DNA of 46,838 bases from Clostridia bacterium (GTDB lineage Bacteria; Bacillota; Clostridia; UBA1212; UBA1255), in the NCBI GenBank assembly GCA_017963755.1, contig JAGCTF010000174.1:1-46838 (forward strand), read 5' to 3'. A program made the translations under genes and the position numbers. The notes under the pieces were generated by a model, which was given only the letters and a program-made list of their open reading frames with translations, was not told the origin of the DNA and did not search any database. Shown one piece after another: positions 32,376-40,340 of the stretch; position 1 is the first letter of the stretch; every line of letters starts with the position of its first letter.

Positions 32376-35156
32376 ATGAAACGTACAGTATTGATGATTC
32401 TTGCAGGTCTGATATGCATAAGCATTGTTTCCGGCTTCGGAAAAGGATACGAGAGCAATGTTCGTGCGGAAGCCGCGGCACAGGATGTTGTAACACCGAC
32501 GTTTATTTATGATTTCACAGACGATGAAACGTATACTATCGGAGGCGGCGGACAATGTTTTACTGAGCTTACCGACGAAGGACTCCTGTGTACCGCAGTA
32601 GAAGACGATCCCAACGTCGGGATCGGGCTTGCAGGCGAGGCGGGAAACGAAATGGAGTGGATATTGATCAAATACCGCGGAAACGTCAATCATTCTGCCA
32701 GATCCGGCGAGATCTATTATACAACTCCGGATTCTTCCTACAGCGAGAAACAGTCGATAAAGTGGCGTTGGAACGGTATCTCTGACGAGTGGCAGACGCA
32801 GGTCATCCATGCACGTTCTCTTGGCAAGATCGAAGATCTGGTGCTAGACATCAGGTACGACTTCCTCGCGGCCGGGGCAAGCAACTTCCCGATAGAAGAA
32901 GGCGAGAGTCTTGAGACTGCTTTCATCGCTTTCTTCAAAACTGAAGAGGAAGCAAAGAATTTCGATTATGACGCTTATATCGCATCGATCGCACATTCCT
33001 CTGATCCGACTCCTCAGGTTAAAGAAAAGTGGGAGACGCCGGCTTTTGCTGAACCTGACGTGACGCTCAAGGCGGACAACGTTGACGGTACACTTAAGTT
33101 CGTACGTGGATCGGGTTCGGACAGCGTCGTGATCTCATACAGCACCGGCGGCAATGATTTTTCGTACACTGTCCCTTACAATGCGTATATTATGAACGGG
33201 CCACTCAAAGGAATTGACGACCTCGAACGCGCGCTCCCGGATCAGTTTACGATCATTAAGCCTGACTACGTTGACCACGAGGACGAAAATCCGGTTAAAG
33301 TTGACGTCGAGCCCCGTACTATCGGCGTTTACGGCGAAAACGGAAAGCGCTACGTCGGAATTTTCTATTTCCTCTGGCTCGGAACGTTTCACGACGTCAA
33401 CGAAACTCCGAGAAATATCAGCAAAATAATGGAGCAGTACGGCACGGCGGCTAAAGATATGCCCGAAATCTGGGCGCCTGTCGGTAAAACGTTTTTCTTT
33501 GCTGAACCGCTCTACGGATATTACCGCATGAACGACGAATGGGTCGTCCGCAAGCATATGGAACTGCTTACGAACGCCGGAATCGATTTCCTTTATTTCG
33601 ACGTCACAAATAATTTTCTGTACGAAGAAAACGCGCTTCGGCTTATGAAAATCTGTCACGAAATGAACGAAGAAGGATTTTCTGCTCCGAAGGTGGTTTT
33701 CTATACGAATACCGACGCCAAAGTGCGCGTAAAACAGGCGTATAAGGCTATATATCAGCCCGGACTCTATCCGGATACTTGGATGATGCTGGACGGAAAA
33801 CCGCTCATTATCGCGCCGGAAGAAGCGAATATCGAAGGCTTCTTCACCATACGCGAGCAGCAGTGGCCGAATGAAGAAAAACGCGATAATACCTGGCCCT
33901 GGATCGACTGGGAATGGCCGCAGGAACTTTACGGACTTAATAACAGCGAAGCAATCAGCGTCTCTGTAGCGCAGCACAGCGGAAACAGCGAATTTTCCAC
34001 GTCCGGACTTTACGGATATACGAAAAACAGAGGCAGATCGTACAACGGCTATTCGGACAAACACACTGCCGATTCATATAAGCTGGGTACTAATATCCAG
34101 CTCCAGTTCAACAGGGCGATAACGTCAGGAGTGCCTTACGTGCTTGTCACAGGCTGGAACGAGTGGATCGCTTCGAGATTCCACAACGAAAAAGAAGAAC
34201 CAAATAAGATCAGATTCATCGATACGTTCGATTATGAGTACAGCCGCGATATAGAGATGAGCCGCGGCGGATATTTTGACAATTACTATATGCAGCTAGC
34301 TTCGAACGTGAGTGCGATAAGAGGTGCCGCGCCTGTCATTCTGCGTGACGACAGACATCAGATAAACGTTACCGGTGATTTTGCGCAATGGGATAAAGTG
34401 GAGCACTATTACTCTGATCCTTCGGGCGACGCTTCTGAGCGTGACTCTATCGGACACGGAGGGATCAAGTACGAAAATAAAACCGGAAGGAACGACATTG
34501 TCCGCGTAAAAGTGACCGGAGACGCGACGAATCTGTATTTCTATATCGAATGCAAGGATAATATTGTCCACGGCAGCGGTTCGGACAGCTGGATGCAGAT
34601 CTACCTGAACGTTGACGCCGATAAGAGCGGATGGTACGGATACGATTATATTCTTAACTACAAGCCTGAGAATGATTTTACGACAACGCTTGCGCGCTAC
34701 AGCGGCGCTGACGGTGCGTACGGTTTTACTCCCGCGGGGTCAAAACTTACCTATAAAGTTTCGGGCAAACAGCTGATGATCGGCTTTCCGATGGAGGAAC
34801 TCGGAATCGAATACTACGACCGCATCGAACTGGAATTTAAGATCGCTGACAGCAGAAGTTCGTATGCGACAATGGAGCAGTTTTACGAGGACGGTGACGC
34901 GGCGCCTTTAGGACGTATGAATTTCGTATATCAGACTTATATCGAGAGTGTGAGCGGCGATAATAAGACTGCCGTTGTTAAAGAGGCAGACCGCGTTAAA
35001 TACGCTCAAAACGAGCCTGATATCACTGAAAGACCTGATAAAGATAATAAAGATTCTAAGATAAACGGCTGGCTGATCGGCGGGATCGCTCTCGGAGCCG
35101 CTGCCGCTGCCGCCGTCGTGATCGTGATCATCGCGCGTAAGAAGAAAAAAGCATGA
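32376..35156 (+). CDS. secreted, C-terminally membrane-anchored putative glycoside hydrolase of unassigned family (paralog of 7480-10506)
   Basis: Signal peptide 'MKRTVLMILAGLICISIVSG'. Core motifs 'EPLYGYYRMNDEWVVRKHMELLTNAGIDFLYFDVTNN', 'VLVTGWNEWIASRF' and 'WMQIYLNVDADKSGWYGYDYILNY'. The C-terminal TM helix and basic tail read 'WLIGGIALGAAAAAAVVIVIIARKKKKA'. I chose the start at 32376 (AAGGGGA RBS). Confidence 0.6.
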   Translation: MKRTVLMILAGLICISIVSGFGKGYESNVRAEAAAQDVVTPTFIYDFTDDETYTIGGGGQCFTELTDEGLLCTAVEDDPNVGIGLAGEAGNEMEWILIKYRGNVNHSARSGEIYYTTPDSSYSEKQSIKWRWNGISDEWQTQVIHARSLGKIEDLVLDIRYDFLAAGASNFPIEEGESLETAFIAFFKTEEEAKNFDYDAYIASIAHSSDPTPQVKEKWETPAFAEPDVTLKADNVDGTLKFVRGSGSDSVVISYSTGGNDFSYTVPYNAYIMNGPLKGIDDLERALPDQFTIIKPDYVDHEDENPVKVDVEPRTIGVYGENGKRYVGIFYFLWLGTFHDVNETPRNISKIMEQYGTAAKDMPEIWAPVGKTFFFAEPLYGYYRMNDEWVVRKHMELLTNAGIDFLYFDVTNNFLYEENALRLMKICHEMNEEGFSAPKVVFYTNTDAKVRVKQAYKAIYQPGLYPDTWMMLDGKPLIIAPEEANIEGFFTIREQQWPNEEKRDNTWPWIDWEWPQELYGLNNSEAISVSVAQHSGNSEFSTSGLYGYTKNRGRSYNGYSDKHTADSYKLGTNIQLQFNRAITSGVPYVLVTGWNEWIASRFHNEKEEPNKIRFIDTFDYEYSRDIEMSRGGYFDNYYMQLASNVSAIRGAAPVILRDDRHQINVTGDFAQWDKVEHYYSDPSGDASERDSIGHGGIKYENKTGRNDIVRVKVTGDATNLYFYIECKDNIVHGSGSDSWMQIYLNVDADKSGWYGYDYILNYKPENDFTTTLARYSGADGAYGFTPAGSKLTYKVSGKQLMIGFPMEELGIEYYDRIELEFKIADSRSSYATMEQFYEDGDAAPLGRMNFVYQTYIESVSGDNKTAVVKEADRVKYAQNEPDITERPDKDNKDSKINGWLIGGIALGAAAAAAVVIVIIARKKKKA

Positions 35157-35196
35157 TCGCATTCAAGCGTGAGAAAAAGTATTAGCTGATGAAACG

Positions 35197-35229
35197 GAAA
35201 GCCCCGGCAAAAAGGGGCTTTCTGCTTTT
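35197..35229 (+). terminator. rho-independent terminator
   Basis: 9-bp stem GAAAGCCCC (35197-35205) / GGGGCTTTC (35214-35222), followed by TGCTTTT. Confidence 0.7.
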
Positions 35230-35304
35230 GTAAAGTTTACGCGTGCCCCGGAAGAGGAAGCCCTGGCTGAACAAGCCGTTATTCTTTATTTTACATAATA
35301 ATTG

Positions 35305-35313
35305 TGATATAAT
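35305..35313 (+). promoter_or_regulatory. extended -10 promoter element of rnpB
   Basis: TGATATAAT (TGnTATAAT) ends 7 nt before the first base of the P1 helix. There is no good -35 element. Confidence 0.5.
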
Positions 35314-35319
35314 AAAAAA

Positions 35320-35662
35320 GGCAAGTATGCCAGATGGTCGCGGGCACGGTACGAAAGAAAGTGTCTGAGGAAAGTCCGGGCTCCGCAGGGCAGGATGCCG
35401 GTTAACGGCCGGTGAAGGTGACTTCAAGGAAAGTGCAACAGAAAACAACCGCCCGCTTTTTGAGGGTAAGGGTGAAAAGGCGAGGTAAGAGCTCACCGCC
35501 GCTGTGGTAACACGGCGGGCAGTGTAAACCCCATCCGGAGCAACACCGCGAAAGGGACGCTAAGTTGGCCCGACAGTCCCAAAGGTGGCTAAAGATGCGC
35601 GGTAACGCGTATTCGCAGATAGATGACCATCCGATACAGAACCCGGCTTACGGCATGCTTGC
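35320..35662 (+). ncRNA. rnpB: RNase P RNA, bacterial type A
   Basis: Universally conserved 'GAGGAAAGTCCGGGCTCC' (P4 5' strand) and 'ACAGAACCCGGCTTA' (P4 3' strand). The E. coli M1-like 'GGTAAGGGTGAAAAGG.GAGGTAAGAGCTCACCG', 'GTAAACCCCATCCGGAGCAA' and 'AGATAGATGA' are also present. P1 forms between GCAAGTATGCC (35321-35331) and GGCATGCTTGC (35652-35662), followed by a T-run. End positions are accurate to about +/-3 nt. Confidence 0.93.
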
Positions 35663-35691
35663 ATTTGTTTTTTAACCAGAGGGGTACTGCG

Positions 35692-37026
35692 ATGAGAAGT
35701 ATTTTCAGAAAGATCCTATTCATTTTCGCGCTCAGTATAATGATCATACTTCTTAGTATGCTTTTCGGCTGCTCCGGAAATAACGGAGGCGAACTTGTGT
35801 CTCCTTCCGGAGGCACACCTCAGAATGCTTCTGAAACCGATACTCAAAAACACACTGCCGCTGCAGCCACCCCTGAGCCTGCAGGTAGCGTAACTCCGGA
35901 AAAGACCACTGCAACAGGCGACGATATAAGCTCGCACGTAACTCCTTCTCCTTCTTCCGCTCCGTCGGAAACTTTACGTACTCCCGGCAATACTCCGACG
36001 CAGGACCCTAATGAGATTTTTCTCGATGATACACCTACTCCTGAACGCCCAACACCTGAGATAACAGCTGTTCCTGCCACTGACGTTCCTGCTACTCCCA
36101 CGCCGCGCGTTACTCCGACTATGGAGCCGATCACAGGCGATTATTACGGACTGACGGGAAAAACCTACTCTGATTATCCTTACCTGAACTCTGCCGAAGA
36201 ACTCTGGCGCATCGACAATATCATAAAATCGTTGATAACGGAAGATATGGACAGGAACGAAAAGATCCGTCTGATCCACGAATGGATGGTCAGAAATATA
36301 GCTTTTGACCAGACACAGAGATCGAGGCACGTGAATCAGATCTTCGCTACGGGCAGGGCAACGTCTCAGGGCTATTCCGAGATGTTCACGGTATTTATGG
36401 GCGAAATTGACGTCCGGTGCAAACTGATCTCCGGCACTGCCAGAACAGAAAACCAGACGTGGAACGCGGTCAATATCGACGGGGAGTGGTACTACGTTGA
36501 CGTCACTATGGACGATCCTCTGGTAGGCGGTCATTCCGATTATCCCGACGGGAGTAATTTAAGATACACTTATTTTCTTGTGACAGAGGCTGCCATCTCC
36601 GCAGATCACACCGCGTCGGATGAGCTTCCTTCTCCTTCCGCGACCTCCGGCAGATACCATGAAGAAGCCGTTAATAAGGCCAAGAATGAATTGTTAACTA
36701 AACTAGCTGCAATGATCGAATCAGGCGAGGTCGAAAACGGGTTTATTATCGACGGCCCCGAAGATATCGACAATGCCTTTGCGGGCATCTGCGACGCCGT
36801 ATCTGAGGCTGCTAAAAACGGGGAAGCACCTTTTAGATTTACTGTTTATGCTATCTCCGGAACGTCAGAGTCTATTAAAGAACTCAGCACCGATCTTCTC
36901 AGGCGTATATCGGATTTTGCAGCGGAAGCTTACAGACAAAAAGTTAACTGTACTATGAGAAGCCAGGAACAGGAACTGTTCGGAACTATGATATGCGAAA
37001 TAAATATTTCTGAGCTGAGCGCTTAA
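35692..37026 (+). CDS. lipoprotein with a Pro/Thr-rich linker and a transglutaminase-like core domain carrying substituted catalytic residues
   Basis: Lipobox 'SMLFGC'. The low-complexity P/T/S linker spans nt ~35803-36132. The TGase-like core reads 'GRATSQGYSEMF...ISGTARTENQTWNAVNIDGEWYYVDVTMDD'. I chose the start at 35692 (GAGGGG RBS); the ORF-track start at 35623 lies inside rnpB. Confidence 0.7.
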   Translation: MRSIFRKILFIFALSIMIILLSMLFGCSGNNGGELVSPSGGTPQNASETDTQKHTAAAATPEPAGSVTPEKTTATGDDISSHVTPSPSSAPSETLRTPGNTPTQDPNEIFLDDTPTPERPTPEITAVPATDVPATPTPRVTPTMEPITGDYYGLTGKTYSDYPYLNSAEELWRIDNIIKSLITEDMDRNEKIRLIHEWMVRNIAFDQTQRSRHVNQIFATGRATSQGYSEMFTVFMGEIDVRCKLISGTARTENQTWNAVNIDGEWYYVDVTMDDPLVGGHSDYPDGSNLRYTYFLVTEAAISADHTASDELPSPSATSGRYHEEAVNKAKNELLTKLAAMIESGEVENGFIIDGPEDIDNAFAGICDAVSEAAKNGEAPFRFTVYAISGTSESIKELSTDLLRRISDFAAEAYRQKVNCTMRSQEQELFGTMICEINISELSA

Positions 37027-37076
37027 AACAGGAAAGAGCATTTTGAATCAGAAGACAGACGGAGGAATAATTAAAT

Positions 37077-38162
37077 ATGGCAAAACTTAATGAATACAAA
37101 TGTCCCAGATGCAGCGGAGCACTCAGATTTGATGCAAATACCGGAATGCTTGTCTGCCCGTTCTGCGATTCTAAATTCAATCTTTCTGATTTTGAAAGCG
37201 CCGATTCCGAGCTGGGTTCCGGGTACGATGAAGAAGACGGTTTCCTTAACGATTTCGGAAATACGTGGGCCGACGGAGAGACTGAAGGATTGTACACTTA
37301 CGTCTGCAAATCCTGCGGCGGGGAAATTGTCGGTGACGCTACGATGGCTGCGACGTCTTGTCCGTATTGCGGGAATCCGGTTGTCGTTATGGAAGCATTC
37401 GAAGGGATGCTAAAACCCGATTACGTTATCCCTTTCAAGCTTGATAAGGATCAGGCGGTAAGGGCTTTGGGAAACCACCTTCAGGGCAAAAAACTTCTTC
37501 CGAAAGTGTTCCGCGATCAGAATAAGATCAAAGAAATCAAAGGCATTTACGTCCCTTTCTGGATCTTCGATACCGACACGTTCGGCGATTACGAATATGA
37601 AACGACGAAGGTCGAGAGATGGAGCGATAAATACTACGATTATAAGAAGACTACTTTCTATCAGGTGCTAAGAGCCGGAAACCTTAACTACAGAGGTATC
37701 CCGATAAACTGCTCCGAAAAGATCAGCGACGCACTGATGGAATCGCTCGAACCGTTTGACATAAATGCCGCTGAACCGTTTCAGACGGCATATCTTGCCG
37801 GGTATCTTGCGGATAAATTCGACGTAGACACAGACGTTTCATGGGAACGCGTAAAAGAACGTGTTGCAAATTCTTCCGCGGCGTATTTTTATAATACGGT
37901 CAATGGATATGACAGTGTGAGGCAGGATGGCGGAAGCGTATCTTTCATCAAAAGGCACGCAAAATATGCGCTTCTTCCCGTGTGGATGCTGACAACGGTC
38001 TGGAACGGCCAGACTTATCAATTTGCGATGAACGGGCAGACCGGAAAGTTCGTAGGAGATCTTCCGATGGATAAAAAGGCGTACGCGCTGTGGTTCATTC
38101 TGACTGCGCTCGGCGTAGCACTCGGAACGTTCCTGATCTCGCTTCTGATCACGTCGATGTAA
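37077..38162 (+). CDS. double zinc-ribbon protein with a C-terminal transmembrane anchor, function unknown
   Basis: Two CxxC...CxxC ribbons: 'CPRCSGALRFDANTGMLVCPFC' and 'CKSCGGEIVGDATMAATSCPYCG'. The C-terminal TM helix reads 'ALWFILTALGVALGTFLISLLI'. This family is widespread in Firmicutes. Confidence 0.7.
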   Translation: MAKLNEYKCPRCSGALRFDANTGMLVCPFCDSKFNLSDFESADSELGSGYDEEDGFLNDFGNTWADGETEGLYTYVCKSCGGEIVGDATMAATSCPYCGNPVVVMEAFEGMLKPDYVIPFKLDKDQAVRALGNHLQGKKLLPKVFRDQNKIKEIKGIYVPFWIFDTDTFGDYEYETTKVERWSDKYYDYKKTTFYQVLRAGNLNYRGIPINCSEKISDALMESLEPFDINAAEPFQTAYLAGYLADKFDVDTDVSWERVKERVANSSAAYFYNTVNGYDSVRQDGGSVSFIKRHAKYALLPVWMLTTVWNGQTYQFAMNGQTGKFVGDLPMDKKAYALWFILTALGVALGTFLISLLITSM

Positions 38163-38180
38163 ACGTAAGGAGGAATGAAA

Positions 38181-38525
38181 ATGAAAACAGCAATTAAAAA
38201 ATCATTGACCGCACTTTCTTCAGTACTGGCTGCCGCATTTACGGCCTGCCCGTTGATCATTGCCTCTGCCGCTTATGAGGACGAAACACGCTCGACTTTT
38301 TCGATTTCGCCTTTGAGAATTATCGTCTGCATCGGCATCGGACTGCTCGTCGCATTTATTGTGACTTCAGCAATGAAATCCAAATTGAGATCAGTACACT
38401 GGCAGAATTCGGCAAACGATTATATCGACAGAAGCAGTTTTGAACTGACGCTCGCAGAAGAAATTTACAAATACGATAAGACCGAAAAGACCGAGAGGCC
38501 AAGGGAAAGAGATTCGGAAGAATAA
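38181..38525 (+). CDS. small membrane protein (signal/anchor plus one internal TM), function unknown
   Basis: AAGGAGG at 38167-38173 sits 7 nt before ATG 38181, so the ORF-track ATG at 38175 is too close to the RBS. Two hydrophobic segments are present. Confidence 0.55.
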   Translation: MKTAIKKSLTALSSVLAAAFTACPLIIASAAYEDETRSTFSISPLRIIVCIGIGLLVAFIVTSAMKSKLRSVHWQNSANDYIDRSSFELTLAEEIYKYDKTEKTERPRERDSEE

Positions 38526-38566
38526 TAGATCCAGACGATCGACAGATAATGAGCGGGGTTTTTAAG

Positions 38567-40300
38567 ATGGCTGACAACACTTTTATGAAAGAGTATAAGA
38601 TCTGGTCTTCGGATGAATACTTTTTGCAATACAGAGATGAGCTTAATGCTGTATCCGGGGATCCTGAAGAGATCCGCGACCGGTTTTATAAAGAACTTGA
38701 TTTCGGGACTGCAGGGATCAGGGGCGTGATGGGCGCGGGGCTCAACAGGCTTAATACTGTGATAGTAAGAAAAGTAAGCACCGCGATTGCGAGATTCATA
38801 AGGTCCAGAGGCAGTTCGGCAATGAAAAGCGGGGTCGTAATAGGTTATGACAGCCGCATCAATTCGGACGTGTTTTCGAAAGAAGCCGCTTCTGTTTTTG
38901 CCGGATACGGTATTAAAACTTATTATCATTCTGAAATATCTCCTGTGCCTTTGCTCTCATACAGCGTAAGAACTCTGAAGTGCGCGATGGGCGTGATGAT
39001 CACTGCCAGCCATAACCCGAAAGAATATAACGGATATAAAGTGTACGGTCCCGACGGTGCGCAGCTTTCACCTGAGGACAGCGACGTAATAACCGGGAAG
39101 ATGAAGAGGATCGTTGACCTCACAAAACTTAGATCTTTTGATTTTGACGAACTCCTTAAAGACGGAAAGATCGAATATTGCCCGCAAACCGTTAAAGAAA
39201 CTTATATGAAAACCGTCAGAGGACTGCTTCCGGAAGACTGCGCAGAACGCTCGGAGACTGGTGCGCTTAAAGTGGTTTACACTGCTCTTCATGGCGCCGG
39301 AGCAAAATTCGTACCTGAAATTCTGAAAATGATCGGCACCGGGACTGTTAAGACGGTTAAAGCTCAGATGATACCCGACGGCAGCTTTCCGACCGTGCCT
39401 GTGCCGAATCCCGAAAACGCCGACGTGTATAAACTCGCTTTGAAAGAAGCAAAAAAGATCGGCGCCGATATCATAATCGCGACCGACCCTGATTCGGACA
39501 GGACCGGGGCATGCGTAAAACGCGAAGACGGAGAGTACCAGCTCCTTACCGGAAACGAGATAGGCGAGATCCTTCTTATGCGACGCATCAAATTGAATAA
39601 GAGTCCTAAGCCCTTCGCCGTTTCGACACTTGTTTCAACGAGGATCGCGAGCCTGATCTGCAAGGCGGAAAACGTTCAGTATATTGACGTTCTTACCGGC
39701 TTTAAATTTATCGGCGAGCAGATCAAACTGCGCGAAGAAAACGGCGATGCAAAATTCATATTCGGATTTGAAGAAAGTTACGGATACCTTGCCGGAAGTT
39801 ATTGCAGAGATAAAGACGCCGTAGCCTCCTGCATGCTGATCTGTGAAGCGGCGGCTTATTATAAATCACGCGGAATGTCGCTCGTTTCTGCTCTTGATGA
39901 GATTTATGCAAGAGTAGGGGCGCAGCATGAAATACAGACGTCGCTCGTACTTAGCGGCGAATCCGGTGCGTTAGAAATGAAACGCATTATGTCCGCCGTA
40001 CGCGGACTTCGCGAAAACGTGCTTGTCGATGAGAAGCCGGAGTTTTATCTTGACCTTAAAGAGAACCGCAGGTATGTTAAAACCAAAAACGGTTCATTCC
40101 GCTCATATGAAGAAAAAGAATTTCCCGTCTCCGACGTTTTATATTATTCATACGATAGCTTCTGGTTCTGCCTGAGGCCTTCCGGAACAGAACCGAAAAT
40201 AAAGGTGTATTTCGGGGCAGGAGGCGCTTCTAAGCAGGAAGCGGTAAACAATGCGGACGAGCTGAAAAAACGCGTTATGGACCGCATAAAGGCCCTTTAA
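38567..40300 (+). CDS. pgcA: phospho-sugar mutase (alpha-phosphoglucomutase/phosphomannomutase, PgcA-like)
   Basis: Active-site loop 'TASHNPKEYNGYKVY', 'FGTAGIRG' and the Mg loop 'ATDPDSDR'. The protein is collinear with B. subtilis PgcA. The start is 38567 or 38549. Confidence 0.88.
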   Translation: MADNTFMKEYKIWSSDEYFLQYRDELNAVSGDPEEIRDRFYKELDFGTAGIRGVMGAGLNRLNTVIVRKVSTAIARFIRSRGSSAMKSGVVIGYDSRINSDVFSKEAASVFAGYGIKTYYHSEISPVPLLSYSVRTLKCAMGVMITASHNPKEYNGYKVYGPDGAQLSPEDSDVITGKMKRIVDLTKLRSFDFDELLKDGKIEYCPQTVKETYMKTVRGLLPEDCAERSETGALKVVYTALHGAGAKFVPEILKMIGTGTVKTVKAQMIPDGSFPTVPVPNPENADVYKLALKEAKKIGADIIIATDPDSDRTGACVKREDGEYQLLTGNEIGEILLMRRIKLNKSPKPFAVSTLVSTRIASLICKAENVQYIDVLTGFKFIGEQIKLREENGDAKFIFGFEESYGYLAGSYCRDKDAVASCMLICEAAAYYKSRGMSLVSALDEIYARVGAQHEIQTSLVLSGESGALEMKRIMSAVRGLRENVLVDEKPEFYLDLKENRRYVKTKNGSFRSYEEKEFPVSDVLYYSYDSFWFCLRPSGTEPKIKVYFGAGGASKQEAVNNADELKKRVMDRIKAL

Positions 40301-40340
40301 ATCGATTCTGATCATTCGTATCATCTGACGGAGAATTATC

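Noticed and set aside
15814-34064. Other long antisense ORFs inside recognised genes: 15814-16692, 24596-25324, 25835-26674, 26997-27635, 27681-28436, 28291-29163, 29051-29986, 31211-32122 and 33135-34064. The same applies to 7783-8481, 9649-10398 and 1417-1665.
   Set aside because: Each is completely embedded opposite a + strand gene with clear homology motifs. Their translations are Arg/Ser/His-rich with no recognisable domains, so I treat them as non-coding shadows.
35070-35156. An LPXTG sortase sorting signal at the C-terminus of the second GH-like paralog
   Set aside because: The hydrophobic helix plus KKKK tail is present, but no LPXTG-like pentapeptide precedes it. I treat it as a plain C-terminal membrane anchor.
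35182-35816. ORF-track entries 35182-35496(-) and 35589-35816(-), and the 5' 69 nt of 35623-37026(+)
   Set aside because: They lie on top of the RNase P RNA gene, whose conserved P4 and other blocks are unambiguous. The + strand protein has a proper RBS and a lipoprotein signal starting at 35692.
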